From: the human T2T-CHM13v2.0 reference genome, Homo sapiens
Strand: one strand, 5' to 3'
NCBI RefSeq assembly: GCF_009914755.1
Contig: NC_060927.1
Length of the DNA: 64,000 bases
Positions 35,275 through 53,156 of the stretch are shown here, in pieces; position 1 is the stretch's first letter, and each line of letters begins with the position of its first letter. Made by a program: the position numbers and the translations under genes. Below the pieces are notes generated by a model. That model did no database searches. It was not told the DNA's origin and saw only the letters and a list, made by a program, of their open reading frames with translations.

Positions 35275-35390
35275 ATAATTTTAAGTTCGAGGATATAAGT
35301 GTAGGTTTGTTACATAGGTAAACTTGTGTCATAGGGGTTTGTTATACAGATTATTTCATCACCCAGGTATTAGGCCTAGTACCCATTAGC
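35275..35390 (-). mobile_element. Short L1PA (older subfamily, ~L1PA11-15) 3' fragment nested in L1MB
   Basis: gtttgttacataggtaaacttgtgtcat...acccaggtatta...gtacccattag; flanked by similar ctttgct..tttttt. Confidence 0.75.
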
Positions 35391-35877
35391 TTTGCTTATT
35401 TTTTAATTGACTTATTTATTTTTTTATTATTGAGTTGTAAATGTTCTTTATATATTCTGGTTACAAGTCTTTTATCAGATATACGACTTGCAAATGTCTT
35501 CTCTAGTTCTGTGAGTTGTCTTCATTTTCTCAATGATAACATTTGGAGAATTATAATTTTGGAACACTAGTATATTTTCTAATTGCTTTGTATTCTAATG
35601 AGAATTAGATCAGAGATGATGGATTGGTTTACCCTGATTTATTTATATTTTAAAAGCTTATGTTTAAAATGTGCTTCAAAGAGAAATAATACCCATAAGA
35701 TATTCGTCTAATTCCTTATAGGCACTTAGGAACAAATACTTTAAAAGATGCATTTTTAGTAATAATCTGTTAGTCTAAGAAAAGTGGTAACAGGAAAAGC
35801 CAATAATTTATTACGCTTTGTTTTCCATGTCATCTTGGTTACTAGTTTATATTGGTTGGCTTCTTTCCTCCCTGTAG

Positions 35878-35983
35878 GGAAAAGTAATAGAACCTCTGAA
35901 AGATTTTCATAAAGATGAAGTGAGAATTTTGGGCAGAGAACTTGGACTTCCAGAAGAGTTAGTTTCCAGGCATCCATTTCCAG
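35878..35983 (+). CDS. GMPS: GMPS exon 10 ([16 protein letters not shown]...RHPFP)
   Basis: ctgtag|GGA acceptor, CAG|gtaaaa donor. Confidence 0.97.
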
Positions 35984-36659
35984 GTAAAAATTAGAACTGA
36001 ATTTTGTTTGATTCATCTTTAGACCTTCATGTTGAAGAAAAATCAATTCAGACAATTCTGAAATAATCTGTCATCTCAGGGAATATGTAACATGAGAGAA
36101 AGGAAAGGATGGTTAGGGAATAATTGAAATCTTTTGAGTATCTACTGTATTTACTTCATTTTATTAAATACTCATTTTCCATTGTATCTGCATTTAAGTG
36201 TTACATTATCCTTGGGAGTCTGGCATCTGATGTTGCCATCAGATGAGAAAACCAAGACATAAAGATATTTTAATAATATTGCCACACAGTCCTAGTAGTA
36301 GAGCTAGGATTTGTTATATTATTTGTACCATACCGCAGTGCGTTCCATGGAAGATGTGAGGATTTAAATTTAGCTCTTTAAAATCCTTGTCCTATGTCTG
36401 ACTTGTTTGAATGGATGAACCACTTATTCTGTGCAGAGAATTCTTGGCACAATGTAACTAATTCCTGAACAAATAATACTTCATTTGCTGTCATATAGAA
36501 AAAAATTAGAGGTGATACTTGTTTAAAGTTAGGACTGCAAGTCTTAACCTGTTTTTGTTACTAGTTCTTGAGAGGTTGGGCAAGTCTGTACATCAGGTTC
36601 TAGCTCACTGTAATAGTGATTAGGGGATGATTTGGGAGAATGACCTAATTGAATTGAAA

Positions 36660-36890
36660 AGCATAATAATAGCCAACATTTCTTAAGTACTTTCTATGTG
36701 CTAGGCACTCTGCTAAATACATTTTATTGTCTTATTTAATCTTCACAGTGGAAACTACTATTATCCTGTTTTACAGATGAAGAAACTTAGGGACAGCGAC
36801 TAATTTGCCAAAAGTTATGCAGATTGAAAGGAGTGGAGCCAGAATGATATCCCCAATAATTTTTATCTCAGAGTTTATACTCTTAATGAT
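36660..36890 (-). mobile_element. MIR SINE
   Basis: tatgtgctaggcactctgctaa...attatcctgttttacagatgaagaaact core. Confidence 0.8.
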
Positions 36891-37016
36891 CATATTGGCT
36901 CCATAAACAGCTTTACACATGTATAACCTATGTGGTGATTAGCACTTGTTCTCAAATCAAGTAATCAGATTGAGATCTTTAGTCCCTAACCTGCATGCCG
37001 GCGAAGAATGGTCTGT

Positions 37017-37290
<274 letters not shown>

Positions 37291-37604
37291 CTATGTCCTT
37301 GGTCATTATTTCATCTAGACTCACTTGATGTTTTAAAAATCTATTTTGTATGTTGAGTTTTCTATTATGTAAGACTTCATTGGCAAAAATGGTTTTACTG
37401 CTTTAAAAACTATCTTAAGTATGCTGTTTATTCTAAAGGTAAAGAATGGACTAGGGAATTAATTGGACATAGCTGAGGTTTTGCCTATAACTAGGCATCT
37501 CAAGTGATGCCTTTTCTGTTGTAGTAAAGCAGCAGGATCCAGTTTTCCATAGATCTATGCACACCTTGTGTTTTTATCAACTTTTAAGTATTTGGTAAAA
37601 TAGA

Positions 37605-37910
37605 GGTTGGGTACAGTGGCTCATGCCTGTAATTCCAGCACTTTGGGAGGCCTAGGCAGGCAGATCACTTGAGGTCAGGAGTTCCAGACCAGCCTGGCCA
37701 ACGCGGTGAAACCCGATCTCTACTAAAAATACAAAAAATTAGCTGGGCATGGTGGTGCATGCCTGTACTAGGTACACTGGTGGCTGCTAGGGGAGGGTAA
37801 GGCAGGAGAATCTCTTGAACCTGGGAGGTGGAAGTTGCAGTGAGCTGAGATCGTGCCACTGCCCTCCAGCCTGGGTGACAGAATGAGAGTCTGTCAAAAT
37901 AAAATAGAAA
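37605..37910 (+). mobile_element. AluS
   Basis: Full dimer; TSD aaaataga. Confidence 0.93.
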
Positions 37911-38172
37911 TACCAGTTCACATTTTTTGGTATTAAAAACTCACATTATTTATTAGATTATGTGTATATTTTAACAGTATAATACCATTCCTAAAATTAG
38001 ATTGATAGTTGAAGCTGGATGATAAGTAAGGTAGTTAATTATACTGTCCTCTTTATGTATATGTTGGAAAATTCCCTTATTAAAAACTTTGGATGAGCAC
38101 ATATGTTATAAACTAAAAATATTTACTGGATAATTTTGTGATACTTAATACATGGACTGTAAAAATAGGATA

Positions 38173-38446
38173 GGCCAAGTGCAGTCAGTGGCTCATGCCT
38201 GTAATTTCAGCATTTCCAGAAGCCGAGCTTCTGGAGTTCAAGACCAGCCTGAACAGCATAGTGAAACCCCTATCTTTACTGAAAAAATTAGCCAGGCATG
38301 GCTGCCGGTGCTTGTAATCCAAGCTATTTAGGAGGCTGAGGTGGGAAGACTGCTTGAGCTCAGGAATTTGAGGCTGCAGTGAGCAATAATTGCACCACTG
38401 CACTCTAGCCTTGGTGACAGAGCAAGACTCTATCTCTTAAAAAAAG
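38173..38446 (+). mobile_element. AluJ
   Basis: Diverged dimer. Confidence 0.9.
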
Positions 38447-38481
38447 GGAGATAGGAATGATAGGGAGAGAATTAAACATAC

Positions 38482-38583
38482 TGTCTTATTTGAGCCTCAC
38501 AATGGAAACTATGATAGTATTACCCTGTTTTATAGATGAAGAAACTTAGGGACAGAGATTAATATGCCAAAAAGTTATGCAGA
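38482..38583 (-). repeat. MIR core segment, near-copy of 36728-36823
   Basis: Shares gaaacttagggacag and tgccaaaa(a)gttatgcaga with the upstream MIR. Confidence 0.8.
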
Positions 38584-38831
38584 CTAAAACGTATGCATAA
38601 TTTAAATGTTGCAGCATTCTAAATGTTACAACATTTTTAGAATGTTGAAGCATTCTAAAAAATGCTGAGTTGAATGGGAAACTAATAGCTACATTTGGAT
38701 ACTTATGATGGGCAGATGGATTTTAATTTTGGAAAGGTTTTATGTTTTGAAACTAGTGGCATTTTTATATTAGATTTTTATATTAGAAATATAACATTAA
38801 TGTTAAATACTATTATTACTCCTACCTTTAG

Positions 38832-38947
38832 GTCCTGGCCTGGCAATCAGAGTAATATGTGCTGAAGAACCTTATATTTGTAAGGACTTTCCTGAAACCA
38901 ACAATATTTTGAAAATAGTAGCTGATTTTTCTGCAAGTGTTAAAAAG
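38832..38947 (+). CDS. GMPS: GMPS exon 11 (GPGLAIRVIC...SVKK)
   Basis: ctttag|GT acceptor, AAG|gtaata donor. Confidence 0.97.
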
Positions 38948-40366
38948 GTAATATTTGATACAGCTAATCATTACAAGAAATTGAACGGATTCTTATTATA
39001 TACCAGCATTTATAATGAATTTTTTAGGGTTTTATTATTTGAAAATTTGGTGTAATATAACCTTTGAAATGACTGTGGAGAAAATATTCCACAGATATTC
39101 TTATATGCATATTTTTCTTTCCAGCCAAACAAGACTGGATATCCTGAGTCTCTAAAAATGTCAGATAAAGTATTTTAAAGCACTCTTTTATGTGTATTTC
39201 AAGATAGTAAGGGAAATCCTTTGAGTCAGGAATTTATTGGGAGCATCATTTCAAGAAACCAAAGCTGTCTGCTCCTCTGAGGACAGCTACTAATCCTTTG
39301 TGGTCTAGGATTTGGGTTTTTACAATTTCATTCATGTACAGGTGTCTGAGTATGAGACTGGGTCCAAGAAGGGCCAGAGATTGGATCAGATATCTTCACA
39401 CTATGCAACCCTTTAGCTCCAAATTGAAGATGAATGGAAAAATTCCCCAGTCTACTTTATTCTACAGATTTGGGGTTTTAATTTATGTAATGTGTGTGGT
39501 CTGAAAATTGCAACGAAATAATTTTAAAGTGGATCTGGGTTGGTAGTGCTTATGGGAGTTAGGCAAGGAAAAATGCAGATTCTCTTTAGAATATCTTCAC
39601 CTAGGTCCCAAAGGATTCTCATAGATAGATTTCCAACAAATATGAGGTTATAATAAAAAATACAAATCACATATAGAAGTATGGCACCATGAATGAGAAA
39701 GGAAAAAACTGTCAGAACAAGACCCTCAAGACTTTACTGGAATTAACAAGCAATATGTAAAGTAAATAGAAATAAGCTATTCATAATAAGAATAATGTAT
39801 AAGAGACTACTAAAAATAACTGGGCAGATTTGAAAATAATCTAAGTTCTGGGAATGAAAATAATAACTGAAAAACAGCTGAAAGAGAGAATTAATGAACT
39901 AAAAGAAAGTTGTTTAGAGATTATCCAGAAATTAGGACAAATCATCATAAAGAAAATATGGGTAGAAAAGGTTAAGATGGAAGGATAAGGCAAGTGCTAA
40001 CATATGTCCAGAAGGAAATAATAGAAAAAAATGTATTAATTCCTCCACACTGGTAAAAGACATGATGGCTCAGATTCAGGAAATGTAACACATCTCAAGC
40101 AGAATAAAGGGAAAGAATTTGACACCTAGTAAGCACATCTTAGAGAAATTAAAGACTGCCAAAGACAGAGCAGCTGCGGAGAACAGATCAATTACCTACC
40201 CAGGAAATTATACTGAAACAGTAAAGGCAAGACTTCAAAATACCAAGAGAAAATAATTAACTGTAGTGAACAGCTAAACTGTCTTTTAAAAACAAGGGCA
40301 AAATAAAGTTATTTCGAGATTAAATAGAATTTACTACCAACAGTCCCTTACTGAAGAAACTAAAGG

Positions 40367-40822
<456 letters not shown>

Positions 40823-41885
40823 TGAGAACCATTGTTTTAAAGAACTGACTTGAGGAGAAGCAGCAGGATGCCAGGAGAAAGTCATGAGATACAAGAAGGA
40901 ATGCTAAGCAAGGAAAATGGTAAATGACTAAAACTGAAACAAACATGGACTGTATAAAATGATAAAAATGATTATAAAATCGAGAGTAGAGGTAAAAATG
41001 ATATCTACTTGTTCTTGTTTATTAGAAAATGTGTAACAATGTTTAGCTGAAGTAACATGTAAGCCACAAAGGGATTGATTTGAGCTAAGGAATTCAAAGA
41101 TGTCTGTGTTATTTGCCAGAAGGACAGAAGATTGATTATCTTTTAAGTATCCTTGTTAACACTTAAGGACAACTACTGCAAGAATAGAAATAGAGGATTT
41201 AACTTCAAAACCGGTAAAGAGGAAATAAATGAGCTGGGAGAAATCACCAGTTCAAAAGACAGCAAGAAAGGAGTAAGAGTAAAAAATGGGTTAAATAGAT
41301 AATTACAGAAAAAGATTGTAGAATGAAATTCAACTATATTGATAACCTATAATTAATTAAAAGGACTATAACATTCCTAGTTAAGACATAGACAGTCAAA
41401 CTAGATTGAAAACTAAAATCTGCTTAGTATAGAATAGTAGACATGAAAAGTATAGTCTATTCACAACAGGCATTACTAATACCTAGGGATAGTAGGAGTG
41501 AAAATTAAAGAATGGAAAAACATATACCAGGTAAATAAAAAAAAAGAAATGGCTAAAGCTATATTAATTTCAGACAAAACTGACTTTATGGCAAAAAGCA
41601 TTAAGATAATATTTGACTCAGATAAGGTGCATCACTTGCTGGTGACAGGGTACTAAAGCCTGAATGTATGTAAATATAATCTGCATTTCTTATCCTAAGA
41701 CTTCTTCATAGTCCTAGCCCTCAGGTGTGAATTTCTGGCATAGTGCATAGCACACACAACTCAAGGAGATACCAAATACAATCCACTGCTAAAAACCAGT
41801 AAAATACATAAGATAGTAGTAGATAATAAAAGAGTGAATACCTTATTTCTTAAAACTGAAAAAATGCCTCTTTGGTTTTTCTCAG

Positions 41886-42011
41886 CCACATACCCTATTA
41901 CAGAGAGTCAAAGCCTGCACAACAGAAGAGGATCAGGAGAAGCTGATGCAAATTACCAGTCTGCATTCACTGAATGCCTTCTTGCTGCCAATTAAAACTG
42001 TAGGTGTGCAG
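41886..42011 (+). CDS. GMPS: GMPS exon 12 (PHTLLQRV...TVGVQ)
   Basis: ttctcag|CCA acceptor, CAG|gtgagt donor. Confidence 0.97.
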
Positions 42012-42046
42012 GTGAGTTGTGTGAATTCATTCACCAGTGATATACT

Positions 42047-42152
42047 TTTTTTTTTTTTTCTTTTCTTGAGACGGAGTCTCACTGTGTTGCCCAGGCTGGA
42101 GCGCAGTGGCGTGATCTCAGCTCATTGCAACCTCCGCCTCCTGGGTTCAAGC
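42047..42152 (-). mobile_element. 5'-truncated Alu (right arm only)
   Basis: Poly-T then right-arm sequence ending at ggttcaagc. Confidence 0.9.
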
Positions 42153-42665
42153 ACTCTTTCTACTAATCTTGAAATAAGGATTACTTAGGAAAATGAAATA
42201 TGTGAGTATATATACCAAGTTTAGAGAAATAAGGTAATTTTTTATAGAATGTTTAGGGAGTGAATAGTTAATGGAACTAAATAGTCAGGCTGAGATTTTG
42301 TAGTTTTGGAACATCTATGAACTCTAACCAAAGGTAAATATTGAAAGCAACCCTTTCCTATAGGGTTGGCATGCTTACTTCTGCCTTGTAGGGCAGGGAT
42401 CAAGAGGTCATTTATCCTAGGTGTGAAATATACTGTGGTTTTAGAAGTCTTTAACTGCAGGAAGGCCTCCAGATGAGTAAGTTACACCATTTAGGTGTTG
42501 TTCTCAGCTTGTGTATTCCCTGTACTAGGGAACACATTCTACTGATGTTGTGTTTATTCTGCCTTTCTAGTTGTAAAAGAACATGAGAATAATATAGTTC
42601 TCAATTATAAAATGCTACTTGCAAAATGACTAATAACTAATAAGATAGTATGTTAATTTCTCCTC

Positions 42666-42956
42666 TTTTTTCTGGAGACAGGGTCTTGCCCTGTCGCCCA
42701 GGCTGGAGTGCAGTGATGTGATCATGGCGTACTGTAGCCCTGAATTCCTGGGTTCAAGCGACCCTACTACCTCAGCTTCCCAAGTAGCTGGGACTACAGG
42801 CAAGCACCATCATGCCTGGCTAATTTTTAAATTTTTTTGTAGAGATAGGGTCTCCCTGTGTTGCTCAGGCTGGCTTTGAAATTCTGGCCTCAAGTGATCC
42901 TTCACTTTGGCCTCCCAAAGTGTTAGGATTGGAAGCATGAGACACTGTACCCGGCC
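42666..42956 (-). mobile_element. AluJ
   Basis: Diverged dimer. Confidence 0.9.
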
Positions 42957-43162
42957 TTCTTTATATGATCCTCAAATGAGTTTTTGGGGAGCAAAAGTGT
43001 GGGAGGGTAGGGAAGAGAAAGGTTATTTTCTTCTATTTCAAGTTTGTGGTTAAATGGAGACACTAGAAGAGGTGTCAGTAGTTCAACTCGAAAATGGTAT
43101 AAGTGCCAGTTATTGGGTTAATGTGTTTATAATGTCCTCTTACAGTAAAATTATGTGTAGAA

Positions 43163-43249
43163 TATACATATGTAACTAACCTGCACATTGTGCACATGTA
43201 CCCTAAAACTTAAAGTATAATAATAAAAAAATAAAAAATAAAAAAAAAG
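43163..43249 (+). mobile_element. Severely 5'-truncated young L1PA 3' tail with polyA
   Basis: tatacatatgtaactaacctgcacattgtgcacatgtaccctaaaacttaaagtataataataaa. Confidence 0.9.
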
Positions 43250-43387
43250 AAATTCTGTTTCAGAGATTATTCTTCTAAAACCTAATAAGCATTTTTTCTA
43301 AATATATGAATCTGTCAGTTTAAATTCCCCTTTGCTCTGAATTCATGCAGTTCTGCCTGTAAATAAAACAAGATAAAAATTGATTGT

Positions 43388-43674
<287 letters not shown>

Positions 43675-44634
43675 TTGATTGTTATTTTTAAAGTAAACTA
43701 AAATATTTTATTTCATGAAAGTGATAGAGCCAGCTATTGGGTTAAGGAACTCTTGCCTTCTTTTTAAAGGCCAAATGTTGTAAGCTGCTTATGTTGTTTT
43801 AAAATCACTATTGAAATAACCTTACTTGGAGTTACTGATACTTTCTTTCAGTGGTTTATGGATTATCTCATTCATACATAAATTTATTTTGAAATTTGCA
43901 ATGATACTTACAGGCAGTATTACCCTAATATATAAAAATAGAATTGTGGACAGGTTATTTAATTCTTAAAAGTTTCTGAGTTTTAAGTAGATTTGTTATA
44001 GAGAACTTCAACGTCTGTGTGCTAACTGCTGCTACAAAGGGAGTTGAAATAGTTCCCCACTCTTCTTTTTAGAGAAGTGTTACAAAAAATAGATACTTGA
44101 GATAATCTGATGAATGAGTGATTTCTTTCTTGAAAATGAAACTTATTCAGGCTCTACTACTTTTCCCACCAAAATAAAATTTTCTTTTGTTATTGGATAA
44201 CTGACTTTAGTCTCTTACCCTTTGAAGCTTAGACCCTTGCAAGCCCAGATAAAAATGATGGTTCATAGTTAGTATAACAATGCATTTTATTTTCTAAATA
44301 CCAAAGTAAACCGTATTTGTAAAAAATGAAAATACATTAAAAAAAATTCTTTGTATTTCTACTCTCCAGTTAAGTTTTGTATGTGTCTTTCCAGAAACAC
44401 TTTAAAAAGAAAATAAAAGAGGGGATTTGGGGTACACATTGTCAACTTTTTTCTTTTAACTGAACATCATGAACTTACCTTTCTGTGCCTTTCCAAGTAG
44501 ATGGTTCTTAACTGTTCCCTCATATTCTATGCATACCATCATTTATTTAACTATTCTTCTAACCAATGGGCATTTAAACTGTTCTGTTTTTTATTATTAT
44601 AGGCATCCCATCAGTTATCCATGTATTTATGTAG

Positions 44635-44973
<339 letters not shown>

Positions 44974-45187
44974 CATTTTACACTTTTATAGATGCTATCA
45001 CATTAGCATTCACATATGTTGAATTTTCACATTCTTAGTACCTGCCACTTTGGGCATTAGGTACTTCTCTAATCTGTTACTTTTTAAAATTGCTTTTCAT
45101 AAAAAAAGCAAATTACTTGGATTAAACAGGACACAGGAAAAGAGAATAAATTATCAGTTTTATTTACTTATTTTAAAATTAACTTTT

Positions 45188-47370
<2,183 letters not shown>

Positions 47371-47467
47371 TAAATGTTTATGAATTGTTTTTGTCTCCCA
47401 CTTAAGAATTCTTTATCCACTCAAAAAACACAGGCAGATCTTGTCTGCCAAATTATAATTTTTCATA

Positions 47468-47784
<317 letters not shown>

Positions 47785-47834
47785 TAAATATGCTGGTTAT
47801 CCACAGTTGTGCAGGTAATGGGAATGTTGAATAC

Positions 47835-48150
<316 letters not shown>

Positions 48151-48410
48151 TGATACTTTATGTATGTCTTAGCTGATTCAGGTAGGATTTAATATGGGAT
48201 TTTAATTTGGAATTTATTTATACCATTAAAGAAGCATTTAGTATATACTTTCATTCAAAATTTCCAAAAATCCATTAATAATGTCACCATGCATAAGATA
48301 TTTTTCAATGCATCTTTTCTTTTTTTTTTAAAAAAAAAAAAAAGCTTTGTCAAGTTAAACTGGTGTATCTTTTGACTATTAAAAATTATTGATTATCTTT
48401 TTATTTTCAG

Positions 48411-48526
48411 GGTGACTGTCGTTCCTACAGTTACGTGTGTGGAATCTCCAGTAAAGATGAACCTGACTGGGAATCACTTATTTTTCTGGCTAGGCTTATA
48501 CCTCGCATGTGTCACAACGTTAACAG
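48411..48526 (+). CDS. GMPS: GMPS exon 13 (GDCRSYSY...HNVNR)
   Basis: ttttcag|GGT acceptor, CAG|gtgtgt donor. Confidence 0.97.
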
Positions 48527-48919
48527 GTGTGTTTCACAGGAGCTAGGGTGGGGGCTTGTGTAATGGAAGGATGTATTTCTTAAGGGCTTTCAATTAATGG
48601 AAGACCAAAAGGCTCAAATGTAGATATAGGTAGGTCATGTAGATAAGAGTAAATGGCTGTGTTTGTAATTCAAATATGCACATAGGTTGCAGTTAAGTAG
48701 ATATTTAATATTATCTTGTGTTTTGACTCTTCATCACAATGTAGTCATCTGTTAAAAATTATTTAAAGGAGAAAGATTTTTATTTTAGTGTAAAATATTA
48801 AAGGCAGCTGTAAAACATCTTCTAAATTAGTGGTTTATATTAGCTGTTGGTTTTATGGTAACATGTTTTATTCCAGAAGGATTGAAAAAAGTATGTCCAG
48901 GTTACAGAATTACAAATAA

Positions 48920-48923
<4 letters not shown>

Positions 48924-48961
<38 letters not shown>
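48924..48961. repeat. (AC)19 microsatellite
   Basis: Perfect dinucleotide run in intron 13. Confidence 0.97.
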
Positions 48962-48963
<2 letters not shown>

Positions 48964-49473
48964 CTACAAAACAAACAACCCCCACTCCAAACAAAAATGG
49001 AGACTTGGTTAATTTAGTAGTAACCCCAAGGAAAAAAATCAAAGAAAAGAAATAGGCATGTGCCAGATAGCATTAAAATAGTTACATTTAAATATATAAT
49101 TTACATTTAGATTAATTTCCCTTTAATTTGCATATTAACTTCTTACATTGGATATATCAACAGCTGATTTATAATCTATTTCTAATCCTCAATTTCATCG
49201 TACCATATATAGTTCAAAAATTCACTTATTTTGTACTAGATTGCTAATTAAATGTTCTTACTTCACAGTTATTCTCTCTGTTCAGTTTTCTTCATGGGTG
49301 TTAGGCAGTTAACAACCAAAAAGAATTACTTGAGGTTTCATTTTACTCAAATTGCTGCAGAAATCAGAAGCTTACCTTTTAATGTTAAGCTAGCAGAGTC
49401 TGTATAGTTCGAGATAAGGAGTTACAGGGAAGCCATGTTTTTACCGATGGGAACATGCTCATTCAAAGGCTTA

Positions 49474-49862
<389 letters not shown>

Positions 49863-50867
49863 GAATCTTGGTGAACTTTAGATTTATTTGCTGGGGTCTT
49901 TTTGATGAATTGGAGTTTAAAAATATTCTTCCCTGTTTGCCGGTTTTTTTCCTAATTTGGATAAGGGAATCTTTGTACAGGGAGGGACTGTTCCAGTTTT
50001 ACTGTCATATATAGTGTGGATAAATACCTGTCCCAGTACACTCTAGTGATTACTTTTGTTTGTAAGAAATGAGAAGGTGAAAAGAGCAGGTTCATGGCAT
50101 TCTCTTAACTTTCTCCTGTAAAGATCTTTTATGAACTTTAGGAACTGTATTGTTTAGAAAAATTATAACTTACTGTCTATACGTGGGACAAAAACCTTGC
50201 TTCTGTTGTAGTATGTTTGGAAGGAGACAATAAAGTAGTTGGTGATACCGGTGGTTTTGTGCTAATATGGTTTTCTATTGTGTATTTTACCTAAGTACAT
50301 ATTAAGAAAAGAAGAAAAAACATTAAACTTTACCATGATAGTTTCCGGGGAGATTTATTTTCTTTGCTAAAAACAGGACTAACGAAAAGTGAATAGGGAG
50401 AACTAGCTAAGTGGCACTCATATCTCTACCCTGATTCCCTCTTGTTTTCTGGGTGAAGATTGTGAAACAGATCCCTTCAAACCAGTGGCCAGCTACACTT
50501 CAAGTTGTTAAAATTGTCTGATTCTAATTTCCTCAAGTTATGTTCCAAACTGTACTCTCATTAACTCAAGATATTTGTGGTGTATCTTCATGTCTTTCAA
50601 ACAGACATTTATATAAAACACTAATGAATCATTTTTTTGGAAGGAAGTAGTAGGATACTAAGTCCTATTTCAATGGCCTTTTTAATGAAGTGCAAATGAG
50701 AATCTCTCTAGAATGATTGTTTCTCAAGTAGAGAAAAAAAGATGAGTTTACTAATTTTGGGAAATTCACTGTAGTTTCCTCTTGGAGATTTCCAGTGCAT
50801 GTTAGCATAGTATATTAATAGTTTCTGAAGTCTTGTCATAAAGACACCTATTTTTAAATTTTAATTG

Positions 50868-51275
50868 TGTATTTGTTTCCTAGGACTGCCCATAACAAAT
50901 CACCACAAACTAGGAGGCTTAAAACAACAGACATTTATTCTCTCACAGTTTAGGAGGCCAGAAGTCTGAATTCAGTGTTGGCAGGGTCATATTCTCTCTG
51001 AAGACTCTAGGGGAGGATCCTTCCTTGCTTCTTCCTACTATCGAGTGGTGGCAGCATAGTCCAGTCTGTCTTTGTGTTCACATGACCCTCATTCCCCTGT
51101 GGGTATCTGTGTATCCAAATTTCCCAGCACTTGGAAGGATACCGGTCATTGGATTAGAGCCCATCCTAATCCAGTATTACTTCATTTTAACTTGATTACA
51201 TTTGCAAAGACCCTTTTTCTCCCCAGAGATTCTGGGTGGGCATGAAGTTTTGGGGATACTCTTCGACCCAGTACA
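50868..51275 (-). mobile_element. MaLR solo LTR, MLT1B-like
   Basis: ggcttaaaacaacagacatttattctctcacagt...ggaggccagaagtc, cttgattacatttgcaaagacc. Confidence 0.85.
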
Positions 51276-51561
51276 TTAAGTGAAAAGAGAGTTGTAATAA
51301 TCACTTATATCTTTGCACATTCTGAGATACAGAATATTCCAGAGAACACACTTTGAGGAAAACACGTAGAACACAGACCTTCCTATAATCTTATATCTTG
51401 TCCTATCCATCTGGGGAGTTGAAGTGGGCAGGAGAAGGGCCTGAAACTAAGTGGGAAATGGAAAGAATGTTACTGTTCTAAGTGCCTTGCTTCTCATACT
51501 AAAATGTAATTTCTACATTTGAAATGTAATTGCTGTATTATTTTTACCTCTTTGTTTCCAG

Positions 51562-51692
51562 AGTTGTTTATATATTTGGCCCACCAGTTAAAGAACCTCC
51601 TACAGATGTTACTCCCACTTTCTTGACAACAGGGGTGCTCAGTACTTTACGCCAAGCTGATTTTGAGGCCCATAACATTCTCAGGGAGTCTG
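51562..51692 (+). CDS. GMPS: GMPS exon 14 (VVYIFGPP...ILRES)
   Basis: ttccag|A acceptor, CTG|gtaagt donor. Confidence 0.97.
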
Positions 51693-51832
51693 GTAAGTTG
51701 CTCATGTTTTTGATTACTACCCTCTGAAACTAGTTTTTGGAAGCTTGATATTAAGAGTAGGAGGATGTGGCTTTTGCTTTTTAGATGCTTTTGTTTTTAT
51801 TATTTAAATCTTTGAATGTTCTATGATGTTGC

Positions 51833-52146
51833 TTTTTTTTCTTGAGACGGAGTCTGTCTTGCTCTGTCGCCCAGGCTGGAGTGCAGTGGCACAATCTTGG
51901 TTCACTTCAGCCTCTGCCTCCTGTTACAAGTGATTCTCCTGCCTCAGCCTCCCGAGTAGCTGGGATTACAGGCACCCGCCACCACACCTGGCTAGTTTTT
52001 TGTATTTTTAGTAGAGATAGGGTTTTGCCATTTTGGCCAGCTGATCTCGAACTCCTAACCTCATGTGATCAGGTCAGGAGTCAGGTCAGGCCAGCCTTGG
52101 CCTCCCAGAGTGTTGGGATTACAGGCGTGAGCCACTGCACCTGGCC
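51833..52146 (-). mobile_element. AluS with templated insertion
   Basis: TSD atgttgctt. Confidence 0.93.
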
Positions 52147-52164
52147 TATAATGTTGCTTCTAAA

Positions 52165-52745
52165 TAAAATATATTCCCCTTTGTGGCCATTTGTGGACAT
52201 GCACAGAGCAGCAGAAAATTTGAATTTCCAGACTTAGATGTTCCCAGCTGAGTTTGAACAAGGTGACGCTATGCCTTCTTGTTTTCAGCTCTCATAATGT
52301 GAACAAGTCTTTTTCATGGTCTCCTTGATGCTATATCTTTTGCATTTTTATGTCTTTTGTTGGTGATTTTGCTGTTTAAAATGGATCTCAACTATAGTGT
52401 TGAAGTGCTGTCTGGGTTCCTAAGCACAGGAATGCTGTGATGTACCTTACAGAGAAAATCTGTGTGTTAGATAAACTTCATTCAGGCATGAGTTAAAGAG
52501 CTACTGATTGTCAGTTCAGTGTTAATGAATCTATAATAAATATTAAATACAGTGTCTTAAATCAGAAACACATAAAACAAGGTTATATATTAATCAGTTG
52601 ATGAAAATATTACAACCAGAGGCTTGCAGGAACCTAACCCTCCATTTCCCCTGGGAGAAATGGTTCAGTATTCGCTAATTCGTTGTTTGCAGTGTAGAAT
52701 ATAACTATACTGCAAATTATAATAGAGAATAATGAGACTGGACTG
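52165..52745. mobile_element. TcMar-Tigger (MER2-group) fragment
   Basis: gaggcttgcaggaacctaaccc...atggttcagtattcgctaattc...gactg end. Confidence 0.6.
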
Positions 52746-52983
52746 TTTCTGTTTACAGCACATCAGTGAAACATCACTGATGTGATCAAATTCTGTTTTT
52801 TGCATTTGTGATTAAGTCCATTTAAAATGCTCTGCGAGTAGCTGAAATCAATGCATGATGACAGTCTTAACTATGCTGTGTGTGTATATGTGATTTCAGA
52901 TATTGCCTGGGAGGATTTAATTGAACTGAGTTAGAGTGCTTTTCTATGGTGTGGTGATTGGTTCTACATATACCTTTCTCTAG

Positions 52984-53156
52984 GGTATGCTGGGAAAATC
53001 AGCCAGATGCCGGTGATTTTGACACCATTACATTTTGATCGGGACCCACTTCAAAAGCAGCCTTCATGCCAGAGATCTGTGGTTATTCGAACCTTTATTA
53101 CTAGTGACTTCATGACTGGTATACCTGCAACACCTGGCAATGAGATCCCTGTAGAG
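52984..53156 (+). CDS. GMPS: GMPS exon 15 (GYAGKISQMPV...SDFMTG...IPVE)
   Basis: ctctag|GG acceptor, GAG|gtaatt donor. Confidence 0.97.
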
